Part shown: positions 1-10,633 of the stretch, piece by piece
How positions within the stretch are numbered: position 1 is the stretch's first letter
Layout: every line of letters starts with the position of its first letter
NCBI RefSeq assembly: GCF_001194135.2
Contig: NC_068988.1
Location: forward strand, 49,547,397 to 49,589,536
From: Octopus bimaculoides
Taxonomy: Eukaryota
Length of the DNA: 42,140 bases
Direction of reading: 5' to 3'
Notes under the pieces: model-generated
Database searches by the model: none
Told to the model about the DNA's origin: nothing
Seen by the model: the letters and a program-made list of their open reading frames with translations, nothing else
Position numbers and translations under genes: made by a program

Positions 1-179
1 GTATATTTACATTCCCGTAATCTGGCGGTTCAGCAAAAGAGACAAATAGAATAAGTATCACTCGTATCCAAAAAGAAAAAAAGAACAATTACTTTGGTCG
101 ATTCGTTCGACTAAAAGAAATTTTTCTAGGCCTCAGCACGGCCGCAGTCAAATGAATAAAACAAGTAAAAGAATAAAAG
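1..179 (+). mobile_element. 3' module (module B) of composite tRNA-derived SINE, family 2; truncated by window edge
   Basis: Matches the other module-B copies in this window (cggttcggcaaaagagac..gatagaataagtac..gtcgat..cgactaaa..cacggccgcagtcaaatga..aacaagtaaaagaataaaag). Confidence 0.8.
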
Positions 180-180
180 C

Positions 181-224
181 AACAGACAGACAGACAGCTA
201 GCTAGCTAGCTAGATAGCTAGCTG

Positions 225-265
<41 letters not shown>
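181..265. repeat. Compound tetranucleotide microsatellite (GACA/GCTA/GATA)n
   Basis: Direct reading. Confidence 0.95.
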
Positions 266-266
<1 letters not shown>

Positions 267-484
267 AGGCTAATTGTGGTATTTTATCCGAAACACTATA
301 TTCAAATCCTTTGGATATCTTTTTTTTAATTTCAGATTCTATAATTGTACGTCAGTTCAAAGCGATGGATTATAGGAAGTGTTACGGCATCTGTCACTAT
401 TCTTTGTGGTGTTTATATACGCTCTGACAGTAACGTCTTCGAGAACACTTGCGCCAAAGTCTATAGACATTTTAAAGATAATCA

Positions 485-548
485 TTCTCTCTCCTTCTCT
501 CTCACTCTATCTCTCTCTATCTATCTATCTATCTATCTATCTCTCTTT

Positions 549-636
<88 letters not shown>

Positions 637-650
637 ATCTCTCTCTCACA
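485..650. repeat. (CT)n/(CTAT)n microsatellite
   Basis: Direct reading; explains ORFs 345-674 and 379-717. Confidence 0.95.
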
Positions 651-658
651 CACATATT

Positions 659-879
659 TACGAAGAGGTGCTGAAAAGTTATTGACTCTAGGACTGTCGC
701 GAAAGGCTTCGTCGTAGGTTCAAACTTCCGAGTTCTTTTACAGGGCTAAGAAAAGCTGAAGGACCGCTGCAATTAGTGTGTGAATCTGAGAGGGGAATAT
801 GTTGAATAAAATCATAATTAACTGAACCTCATGTATTTTCTTTTACCCAATGCCAGAAACATTTCTGCACTCCCTCGTA
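659..879 (+). mobile_element. Mariner-derived MITE, copy 1
   Basis: TA flanks and imperfect TIRs (TAcgaagaggtgctgaaaagtt ... aacatttctgcactccctcgTA). Internal tgtgtgaatctgagaggggaatatgttgaataa reads CVNLRGEYVE*, like a mariner transposase C-terminus. A second copy lies at 36843-37040. Confidence 0.8.
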
Positions 880-1074
880 GTAAAATGAACCATGAACAGT
901 CACAATTTAGTACCGTATTATCTATACAATTTCAAAATAAGGTGATGAAAATCAAAATAGCTTCTAAGCTGAAGTGAATACAGCATGTTCTTTTTTTATC
1001 TCTTTACCTTCTTTGAGGTTTTAGGTAAAATCATACTAATGTCTCCATCTGTTTTAATTTAATTCTATGTATTT

Positions 1075-1162
1075 ATGCAGCTGAGGATTGCTGTGCATTT
1101 CAATTGATGTAATGGCTGCGTTGTTCAATTAAATGGAGTTGCTTGAAACGATCGTACTGCAT
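1075..1162 (+). ncRNA. Type I hammerhead ribozyme-like motif, core intact, stem II base disrupted
   Basis: Stem I ATGCAG(1075-80)/CTGCAT(1157-62); core CTGAGGA (1081-87); GAAA (1145-48); C-GATC-G with palindromic loop; GTA triplet. Stem II pairs internally (cattt/aaatg, aattga/tcaatt) but its base is mismatched. Confidence 0.55.
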
Positions 1163-1204
1163 TACTTCTGGATATCCTGTTACTTATTTTGATATATATA
1201 CATA

Positions 1205-1560
1205 TATACTGGACTACCGTGACCCGTAGGGTCACCCGGAAAGTCTGAGTTTCCCAGCAACGGAATATTCTTTGGTAGGGGTTTTTCCGGGTTATTTCGC
1301 ATGATTTCAACGAATGTGACATCGAAAGCACGTGTAAACGGTTCCTTTCCCCAGAAAAGAAAAGATTTGGCTGCTATTTTTTGCACTCCCTGCTACCACA
1401 TTAACAGATATTTCGGGTCCTTTATCGCAAATAGCTGTTGCGTGGTAGTAGGTTGTGTTAGAAATAGCAACCAAATCTTTGGAAGTGAGATACGCTGAAT
1501 GCACTCGAAAAAAATTCTATGGAAAAAAATCGTTTCACATTGAGGCTACGCACGGCTCTG
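1205..1560 (+). ncRNA. Eukaryotic RNase P RNA-like sequence, probably a degenerate copy or pseudogene
   Basis: Motifs in canonical order: P3-like hairpin (1219-35); CR-I GGAAAGTCTGAG (1238-49); CR-II AGAAA (1353-57); long P12-like hairpin (1362-1479); CR-III TGGAA (1480-84); CR-IV-like AATTCTAT (1513-20); CR-V-like CACATTGAGGCTAC (1536-49). P4 AGTCTGAG/TTGAGGCT pairs 7/8. P1, P2 and P19 are not convincingly recoverable. Confidence 0.62.
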
Positions 1561-2117
1561 TTACAAAATATTTACCGTATTTTTAAAGACATTTTCACTT
1601 TAAAATATTTTTTGAATATGCCAAAATAATTTTTGTAATGGTATTCACGTGAAAATAATTTTAAAAACATTAAAATATTGTCAATTTATAGAATGCTAAA
1701 ATATAAATACTGTACAAACAAGTTACATTTTTGTAATCGCATCCACTTAAAAATTTCTAAATGAATAAAATATTGTCTTTAACAAAAGCGAAAATGGAAA
1801 CTTTTACTGTGAAAGACAAATCGTATATTTTCTTTGTCAAGTCACTGTGTCAAATCGAAAGTTAAGAGTTTCTTCCCTTCCAGGGTAAAGTTATTTTCGG
1901 AGCATTTTCCCAATATGTACCGTTTTGGATATTTATATCCCGTAAACTCCTAATATCTCAATAATCAGTTATCCGATTTTCGTGAAACTTGCTTTACTCC
2001 GTTCATATTCACATTTCAAGGGCTACTTAATTCATAGTATTTTCTCATTATACTCCAGTTTGGCTGGGTAATATTGCAAGCAAGCAAGATTCAAGCTCAC
2101 TTTTAATGTATTATAGT

Positions 2118-2148
<31 letters not shown>

Positions 2149-2219
2149 GTGTGCGTGCGTGTGTGTCTGTATTCTAAATGATTAATACGGAATACAGAAT
2201 ATACTGGAAGCTTTATTTA

Positions 2220-2260
2220 GGACAACGATCGTTTCGGCTTACATCTGCACTGCTCCTTAA
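2220..2260 (-). ncRNA. Partial hammerhead-like motif (3' half only)
   Basis: Minus strand reads gccGAAAC-GATC-GTT-gtcc-taAATAAA; no recognisable CUGANGA core. Confidence 0.3.
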
Positions 2261-2501
2261 TGGGTGGCGAATGATATAATGGAATCGAATGCACCCCGTA
2301 TTGCAGAACAACGCTCCCCGGGCCACATAAATCGGTTCAAGTGTTATCAGATGTACATTTGGCTGATATGTGTGGCAGGATGATATTAGTATCATAAGCG
2401 TGTTAGTTCGCTGATAGATTAATGGATACTACACCTTAGTCTCCTACCTAAACTTTAATTTTAAATACAACTATATATATATATATGTGTGTGTGGGTGT
2501 G

Positions 2502-2573
<72 letters not shown>

Positions 2574-2654
2574 TGTGTGTATAAAGAGAGAGAGAGAAGG
2601 GGGGATAGACAGACATGTTGAATTTACTTATTTCTCCGTAGACTGAAATGTAAT

Positions 2655-2707
2655 CAACAGACTTAAACGATTTTCGACACTTACTGAGATTCATCAGGGG
2701 TGTCTAC
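2655..2707 (-). ncRNA. Degenerate hammerhead-like motif
   Basis: Minus strand gtagacacccCTGATGAatctcagtaagtgtcGAAAatcgtttaagtct; both core segments are present but the stems are imperfect. Confidence 0.4.
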
Positions 2708-2887
2708 ATCATCTGAACAATCCCAGAGAAACAATCTGTTTATATAACCAATCTGTTTATATAACAATTAAATATCACAGAAGCAGAGAAATGAAGCTAC
2801 TAATTTGCATATTATACTACATTATATTACATTTAATACCAGATACCTATCAGCAAGGAATCCAGTACAATCACTATGGAGGTTATG

Positions 2888-2928
<41 letters not shown>

Positions 2929-3299
2929 CGGTAAGTNNNNNNNNNNNNNNNNNNNNNNNNNNNNNNNNNNNNNNNNNNNNNNNNNNNNNNNNNNNNNNNN
3001 NNNNNNNNNNNNNNNNNNNNNNNNNNNNNNNNNNNNNNNNNNNNNNNNNNNNNNNNNNNNNNNNNNNNNNNNNNNNNNNNNNNNNNNNNNNNNNNNNNNN
3101 NNNNNNNNNNNNNNNNNNNNNNNNNNNNNNNNNNNNNNNNNNNNNNNNNNNNNNNNNNNNNNNNNNNNNNNNNNNNNNNNNNNNNNNNNNNNNNNNNNNN
3201 NNNNNNNNNNNNNNNNNNNNNNNNNNNNNNNNNNNNNNNNNNNNNNNNNNNNNNNNNNNATATATTATATCATATATATACATATATATATATATATCT

Positions 3300-3670
3300 T
3301 TATTTATTTACTTGTTTCGGTCATTTGACTGCGGCCATGCTGGAGCACCGCCTTTAGTCAAACAAATCGACCCCAGGACTTATTCTTTGTAAGCCTAGTA
3401 CTTATTCTACCGACCCGTTTAGCCGAACCGGTAACTTACGGGGACGTAAACACACCGACATCGGTTGTGAAGCGATAGTAGGGGGACAAACACAGACACA
3501 CAAACATATGCAGAAATGTATACGCCGGGCTTCTTTCAGTTTCTGTCTGCCAAATTCACTCACAAGGCTTTGGTCGGCTCGAGTCTATAGAAGACACTTG
3601 GCCACGGTGCTACGCAGTGTGACTGAACCCGGAATCATGTTGTTGGAAAGCAAGTTTCTTACCATACAGC
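3300..3670 (-). mobile_element. Composite SINE family 2 (tRNA-like head module C + microsatellite linker + module B)
   Basis: Module C at 3520-3670 (ggttcagtcacactgcgtagcaccgtggccaagtgtcttc, with B-box-like GGTTCAGT) and module B at 3300-3505; same layout as 22955-23335 and 32760-33215. Confidence 0.85.
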
Positions 3671-3684
3671 CACGAATGCGCCTA

Positions 3685-4075
3685 TTCTTTTATTATTTTA
3701 CTTCATTCAATTATTTGAATGCGGCCATGTTGGGGCACCACCTTGAAGGGTTTTAGTCTAATGAATCGACCCTAGAACCTTTTTTAAGCCTATCGGTCTC
3801 TCTTGCCGGTAAGTTACGGTAAGTTATGGTAACGTAAACACACCAACACTGGTTATCAAGTGATGGTGGAAGGGGACAAACCCAGGCACAAAGACACACA
3901 CAGAGATATATACATATATATATATATATACGACGGGCTTCTTTCAGTTTCCGTCTACCAAATCCACTCGCAAGGCTTTGGTCGGCCCGAGGCTATAGTA
4001 GAAGACACTTGCTCAAGGTGTCATGCAGTGGGACTGAACCCTGGACCGTGTGGGAAGGAAGCAAGCTTCTTAGCA
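3685..4075 (-). mobile_element. Composite SINE family 2, adjacent second copy
   Basis: Module B at 3685-3900, (TA)n linker, module C at 3925-4075. Confidence 0.85.
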
Positions 4076-4496
4076 CATATGTATGTATGTATACAAAAAG
4101 TCAGAGGTTATGAGATGACTACATTTATTTCGCCATTTGATATCCATAAGATGATGATGGTTTCGGAGCCAACATTATGCATAAATAATTTATATTGGTG
4201 TATGGAGAATTTTACATGTCTACACTAGTGTGTATACTATAAATTGCAGAGTAGTGTTATACATTTTACAAATTAATGTATAGAAGGCTAGCTCATGAGA
4301 TCAATAGATGAAATATACGAGATGTGCGTGTGTGTGCGTGTGTGTGCGTGTGTGTGCGTGCATGTATGTAGGTATTTAAACCCACGTTGTAGACATACAA
4401 CGATGCCAACTAGCACGTCATGGATTGAAAAGTAATAAAGAGCCGTAAACGATTTTCAAGTGTCTCTAGTTGGCATCTCATTTGTGATTTAGACGT

Positions 4497-4733
4497 AAGG
4501 CGGCGAGCTGGCAGAAACGCTAGCACGCCGGGCGAAATGCCTAGCGGTATTTCGTCTGCCGTTACGTTCTGAGTTCAAATTCCACCGAGATCGACTTTGC
4601 CCTCTATCCCTTCTGGGTGAGTACATTAAGTACCAGTTGCGTGCTGGGGTTGATCTAACCTACTCCCCCCCACACACACACACACACCACAAAAATTTCG
4701 GGCCTTGTGCCTAGAGTAGAAAAGATTTGTGAT
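4497..4733 (+). mobile_element. tRNA-derived SINE family 1 (monomer, tail type 2)
   Basis: Head ggcggcgagctggcagaaacgctagc, B-box-like ttctgagttcaaattcc, body gtcgactttgcc..taagtaccagtt..ctggggttgat, tail gggccttgtgcctagagtagaaaag. More than 10 related copies in the window. Confidence 0.9.
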
Positions 4734-5337
4734 TTCGATGTAGTGTGTGTGTGTGTGTGTGTGTGTGTGTAACAAACATAAGAACAAAGAAAATGAAAAA
4801 TGCATATATTGTGCAATTATAAGTTTAATGCTCAATTAAAATATTAANNNNNNNNNNNNNNNNNNNNNNNNNNNNNNNNNNNNNNNNNNNNNNNNNNNNN
4901 NNNNNNNNNNNNNNNNNNNNNNNNNNNNNNNNNNNNNNNNNNNNNNNNNNNNNNNNNNNNNNNNNNNNNNNNNNNNNNNNNNNNNNNNNNNNNNNNNNNN
5001 NNNNNNNNNNNNNNNNNNNNNNNNNNNNNNNNNNNNNNNNNNNNNNNNNNNNNNNNNNNNNNNNNNNNNNNNNNNNNNNNNNNNNNNNNNNNNNNNNNNN
5101 NNNNNNNNNNNNNNNNNNNNNNNNNNNNNNNNNNNNNNNNNNNNNNNNNNNNNNNNNNNNNNNNNNNNNNNNNNNNNNNNNNNNNNNNNNNNNNNNNNNN
5201 NNNNNNNNNNNNNNNNNNNNNNNNNNNNNNNNNNNNNNNNNNNNNNNNNNNNNNNNNNNNNNNNNNNNNNNNNNNNNNNNNNNNNNNNNNNNNNNNNNNN
5301 NNNNNNNNNNNNNNNNNNNNNNNNNNNNNNNNNNNNN

Positions 5338-5382
<45 letters not shown>

Positions 5383-7096
5383 GACAGAGAGATAGATAGA
5401 GAGAGAGACACAGAGAGAGACACAGAGAGAGACACAGAGAGAGACACAGAGAGAGACAGAGAGAGCACCTGTTGTCATTTAATGTGTAACCACAGAATTT
5501 CCTTGTTTAGGTCCTCTTTGGTTTATAAATATTAAAAAGGTCGTCGAGGAAATTATTTGACTACAGATATTTTCAAATCTATTTGAACATTCACTATCGA
5601 CATGCTTTGCAAGTATTTCTTTTTCCTTCGATTGTCCAAGAACAAAATGATGCAACCAGATGAATTTATATGAGAGCCGTGATTGATTGTAACTGTAACT
5701 AAGGACTTCTTTGCTAGACCTTCACTGAAACTAGAACCTTGTTGAACTTTATTAGCCGCAATAAAAATATCTTGGATACACCTCGTATTGATAATAAGAT
5801 CCTGTTTATTAACATCTTTGTTTCGAATTTAAAAATAACAAAAAACAGAGAATGTGGACTCTAGTGAGGAAATCCATAAGCATATCATCATTCTGGATCT
5901 ATATATTGCCTTGTGGAGGACACACGTAAGTTATCAAGTACTAAGACCATTTATTATAGAAAAGAACGCAATTACGAAAATTACGAACTCTCCCTCTGTT
6001 CTTTTGGGGACCAACGCAAAGCAAGCAAACACTAGGCGTTCTATAGACGTTTAATTCTGATTATGGAACTGAGAAAAATCATAAGAATTAATGGACTAAT
6101 GAAGTTAGGAACCCCAAAGTTCCATATTCAATATGAAAGTCACATAAAGAATTTATGAAAAATCTTTAGTAAAAAAGATAAAAAAATCACGCCAAGTCAT
6201 GACTTTAATATATTACAAACACAAACACATATGTATGTAATATGCGTGTGTCTCTCTCTGGGTGTGAGTTTGTTTATGGACGTATATATTTCTGTGCGGA
6301 TGTATGTATGTATGCATATATGCATATATGTTTACATCTATAAGCATACATATATGTGTCTGTGTGTATAATTTGTGTGTGTGTGTGTGTGTATGTGTGT
6401 GCATGCGTGTGTGTTCGTATGTATATATATATATATATGTATGTATGTACGTGCAGAAAGCACTTTATGAATCTATTCGCAGAAAGAAATAGGGGAAGTT
6501 CTCGACATTTCGATTTTGTTTATAAAACACGTTTGGATTTTGGTTTACGTCAATTATGATTGTAGATAATTATGTTTCAAAGAACTTTTTTATGTCTTCT
6601 GCTGATGAAGAGCATAGATTTGTGTGTAAATATATATATATATATATATANNNNNNNNNNNNNNNNNNNNNNNNNNNNNNNNNNNNNNNNNNNNNNNNNN
6701 NNNNNNNNNNNNNNNNNNNNNNNNNNNNNNNNNNNNNNNNNNNNNNNNNNNNNNNNNNNNNNNNNNNNNNNNNNNNNNNNNNNNNNNNNNNNNNNNNNNN
6801 NNNNNNNNNNNNNNNNNNNNNNNNNNNNNNNNNNNNNNNNNNNNNNNNNNNNNNNNNNNNNNNNNNNNNNNNNNNNNNNNNNNNNNNNNNNNNNNNNNNN
6901 NNNNNNNNNNNNNNNNNNNNNNNNNNNNNNNNNNNNNNNNNNNNNNNNNNNNNNNNNNNNNNNNNNNNNNNNNNNNNNNNNNNNNNNNNNNNNNNNNNNN
7001 NNNNNNNNNNNNNNNNNNNNNNNNNNNNNNNNNNNNNNNNNNNNNNNNNNNNNNNNNNNNNNNNNNNNNNNNNNNNNNNNNNNNNNNNNNNNNNNN

Positions 7097-7127
<31 letters not shown>

Positions 7128-7182
7128 CATATATATATGTTTGTATGTATACACACACGCACACACACACACACACACATAT

Positions 7183-7213
<31 letters not shown>

Positions 7214-7515
7214 CGTACACATTCACATACATATTTACAAATGCATATGTGTATATCAGTAATAACGTATCAGTCATGTTGTATTGGAAACATGATATTG
7301 GAACAAACTGCTAGGAACTCATACGAAAATATGAAAAATAAATAGTGAAGAAAAAAGGAAAAAACAGAATACAGTCGTGATTTCAATACAATAGATATAT
7401 AAATTCATATTCTCACAGTCTTTACACACAAACACACGCATACATACTTGCACACGCACGCACGCACACATACTCACACACACATATCAAAAGACATATA
7501 ACGAACCGGTGATAC

Positions 7516-7556
7516 TCAAGAGTTTCTTCACCATGTAGTCGGTTCTTCAGAAAGTA
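7516..7556 (-). ncRNA. Degenerate hammerhead-like motif
   Basis: Minus strand tactttCTGAAGA-acc-gactacat-ggt-gaaGAAAC-tcttg-agta; the cleavage triplet is not canonical. Confidence 0.3.
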
Positions 7557-7647
7557 CAACACAAGATATGCGCACATACATACGCACAAATGCTCACGTG
7601 AATATACCAACTTATATATACACACAAACATACATATACAAAATATT

Positions 7648-7681
<34 letters not shown>

Positions 7682-7734
7682 NNNNNNNNNNTATACAGAG
7701 AGAGAGAGAGAGAGAGGGGGGTGCAATGGGAGGT

Positions 7735-7862
7735 GGACTTTATTGGGTACAACACATGTGGGTCTTTTCGGGTACATCAATAAAATGTCTCACTAGAGGT
7801 TTCTTAATGTACCCGAAGAGACTCAGAACGGGTCGAAACATGTGTTGTACCCAATAAAGTCT
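7735..7862 (+). repeat. Foldback inverted repeat with a minimal hammerhead motif in its right arm (7809-7850); Penelope pLTR-like
   Basis: Perfect 23-bp arms 7737-59/7838-60 plus an 18-bp stem 7760-77/7807-24. Right arm reads gtac-CCGAAGA-gactc-agaac-gggtc-GAAAC-ATGT-GTT-gtac-ccAATAAA. Confidence 0.7.
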
Positions 7863-8010
7863 ATTACATATTAATACTGTTACCCTAACCGCCATTACGA
7901 AGTTCCTGCAACAAATCTACGGATAACAACAGGTAATCGATACAGTGCCGGTGCTTACTCATCATCTATTAATACACTTTGTGTAATTTCTCCATTATAT
8001 ATATATATAT

Positions 8011-8070
8011 ACCCGGAACCATGTGATTGGTAAGCAAGCTACTTACCACACAGCCGCTTCTGCGCCTATA
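8011..8070 (-). mobile_element. 5' tRNA-like head fragment of SINE family 2
   Basis: Minus strand ggcgcagaagcggctgtgtggtaagtagcttgcttaccaatcacatggttccgggt overlaps the module-C 5' ends seen elsewhere in the window. Confidence 0.7.
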
Positions 8071-8104
8071 TATATATATATATATACACACACATATATA
8101 TTCG

Positions 8105-8245
8105 CCTATAACAATGCATCGGAAATTTGCAATGGCTCCATAAATACCGTTTCAGCTATAACCTTGGAGCCCTAGTAATCCGTTACACCACTTACCTAGC
8201 GTACCTAATCATTTAGATTACCTGTGAACTAAACACCCATACTTT
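8105..8245. repeat. Unclassified dispersed repeat, copy 1 (copy 2 at 11565-11705)
   Basis: Direct similarity: aatcggaaat.tgcaatggc.ccataa..taaccttggag.cctagtaatcc..cacttaccta.cgtacctaatc.tttagat.acctgtgaactaa. Confidence 0.75.
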
Positions 8246-8488
8246 ATATATATATATATATATATATNNNNNNNNNNNNNNNNNNNNNNNNNNNNNNNNN
8301 NNNNNNNNNNNNNNNNNNNNNNNNNNNNNNNNNNNNNNNNNNNNNNNNNNNNNNNNNNNNNNNNNNNNNNNNNNNNNNNNNNNNNNNNNNNNNNNNNNNN
8401 NNNNNNNNNNNNNNNNNNNNNNNNNNNNNNNNNNNNNNNNNNNNNNNNNNNNNNNNNNNNNNNNNNNNNNNNNNNNNNNNNNNNNNNN

Positions 8489-8815
8489 TCGTAAGTTTGT
8501 GTTTTGCACATGGCAGCGTCCTCGAAAGCTGTTTGAAGCATGACAACTGTTTCGACCGCAGTTCTCCCCAGAAGGAAACATAATTTCACGGAAGCACGCT
8601 GTTCTTTCGTGTCAGCAATCGCAAAAATCGACGAACAGGGGACAAGCACTGCAAAACAAAGACGCACCACGTGGAAGTATGCCCAATAGAAAACGCCGGT
8701 CGGCAGCCTGATGCCTGAGGGTCACATCAAGTGGCTTCTAGCAGCGGAAGCCTGAACTACAACGGGCTTGTCCCACAGAAAATATTTCCGGTTACTTTTG
8801 GGGTACATCCTCATA
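8489..8815 (-). mobile_element. Mariner transposon 5' end with N-terminal HTH transposase fragment; runs into a gap
   Basis: TIR-like TAtgaggatgtacccaaaagtaaccggaaa at 8815. 8619-8489 translates to IADTKEQRASVKLCFLLGRTAVETVVMLQTAFEDAAMCKTQTYE, matching the mariner N-terminal pattern EQRxxIKFCxxLGKxxxET. The start codon appears mutated ATG>ATT. Confidence 0.85.
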
Positions 8816-8835
8816 TAACTTAAAAGACTTGTTAG

Positions 8836-9020
8836 TTAGCGGCAGCGGAGAAAATTGGAAAAATCTTTGCCTTGGAGTATGGCATGAGACACGCGCTGGA
8901 ACAGCCACTCCGACTCACGGGTCTCACACTTGCGTATAGTCATCTCTACTCCAATAGCAGTGAGCAGAGATGTAGTCCGGGGGCTAAGAACGCGGGAAAT
9001 GTTCAACTGCCGCAGACTCG
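8836..9020 (-). pseudogene. Fragment of CRE-like non-LTR retrotransposon, C-terminal restriction-like endonuclease region
   Basis: Reads (with frameshifts) AVE..VLSPRTTSLLTAIGVEMTIRKCETRESEWLFQRVSHAILQG, resembling the recalled pattern VETxGxxGP..DxRExxxLFQRxSxAIQRGNA. Confidence 0.65.
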
Positions 9021-10580
9021 ACGTTCGTTTATATAAATTTTCCATTTATAACAACTTTTCATTGCTGTTATATCATATAAAAACAAAGTAATTGTAGTGG
9101 CTTGCAAAAACAACAATTTTATTGCAGATAAATATATATTTCTAGAAAACCTTGCATTTGTACATCAGTTATTCTGAGTGCTAAAACTTCACATAATAAT
9201 GTATACTTTATTTACAAAATAAATATATCACCATAGAAACGAAATATGTGTTAAGAAAAAATATTGTTATTATTGGCTTTTCATTCAGTGTTAGCCTTTC
9301 TGTGGATGCCAGCACAAAGGATTTTCAATTTCTATTTAGTATCGTTAATGACGAACGAATGTAACTCCTCTTTCAATACTGAGTCGGCTGAGAAATGACG
9401 ATAGTCGGTAATTGACGCAGCTAAAACTATATTCAGCTAAATAAACTACGGGAAAGCCAATAACAAACTCTTCTTTCTCCGAGGGGGGCAGAATCTCCGT
9501 GGCAGTTTCACGAATATTGTATAAATTCCATTTGCTTGTTTAAATCTAACTTGAGCTATTTATTCTTTCTGTAACTGAAAGCGAGTTTCGTGTAATGAAA
9601 CATCAACATTACTATGCATTTACTCCAAAAGTATGCTCCACCGAAACTTGAACATTCATGACTAGCCAATCGATAAACAAAATTTCATTTAAAAATCATT
9701 TAATGAAGGCAGAACATTGTCATATTTCTTTCTTCGAAGCCCTCTATAGCGTAGCTATATTATTTCCATTATATTAGTCTTAGTTTTAATTTTCTAAACA
9801 GAATTTGTGCAGTTTAATGACTGGTTATAGCATCGACCATTATCATTGAGATCAACCATTGTGGAATGTCTTGACCCTGATAATAAGTCATCCAACTGCA
9901 TAACATATCAAATTATTTCTATTTCATAGTTTTGCACACTTACTAAATAATTGCCCATTTATACAAATTTCTGGGTTTTGTGTCGACTGAATTGTAACTT
10001 GTAATTTTGGCATTCATATTTTCATTAGAATAGGTACGCGTGTGTATGTATGCGTAAGTACATATGTATATATAGACTATGTAATATATCTTTATATGTG
10101 TCTATATAATGTGTGTGTCTGTCTGTCTGTGTGAGAGATAGAGTTATGTATGCTTAAATATAGAGAAAGAAACAGAGTACAGGAAGGCATACAAATGTAA
10201 TTATAAAACCTATTTAAAGATCCTAGATACTACACTGACGTATAATCTAGAAGCAATAGAGGCTAATTCACATTATTAAATCGTGGAGTGAGAATAAATA
10301 GATAAATCGAATCTTAAATTAATACAAATTTCAAATCAAATGTAACAAAACGAACGAGGTTTAGCGACCAACTCGACACAGTATTGTCACAATCTTTTCC
10401 TCTTCAAATTTTGCCGAATATCACGCAATGCTTTCTGTTCGCCTGTGATGGCTTGATATATGAAATATGCATTGTGTAATGAAGTGACAGTACATTAACT
10501 TTGTGTTCAAACTCTTCAGACGCAACTGAGACCCATCCCAATACAACTGGGTTAGCTATTACTATTAGCGCTAGAGTAAC

Positions 10581-10631
<51 letters not shown>

Positions 10632-10633
<2 letters not shown>

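Noticed and set aside
1388-1452. Pre-miRNA-like hairpin
   Set aside because: The AGAAA and TGGAA flanks and the surrounding CR-I and CR-V motifs favour RNase P P12. It is not excluded without small-RNA data.
1444-1458. 15-nt match to let-7b (GGTAGTAGGTTGTGT)
   Set aside because: The seed-defining 5' TGA is absent (CGT), it sits on the 3' arm, and there is no let-7 star arm. It is better explained as part of the P12-like hairpin.
1561-2090. Possible DNA-transposon subterminal sequence
   Set aside because: No paired TIRs or TSD were found.
6590-6630. CTGATGA as a hammerhead core or snoRNA C box
   Set aside because: No GAAA, stem or D box follows before the microsatellite and gap.
8130-8175. 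Hammerhead in the 8105/11565 repeat (ggctcc..GAAAC..ggagcc)
   Set aside because: Neither copy has room for a CUGANGA core; only a hairpin is supported.
9430-9520. Promoter-like CCAAT and G-rich patch
   Set aside because: Short motifs expected by chance; no linked exon or transcript evidence.
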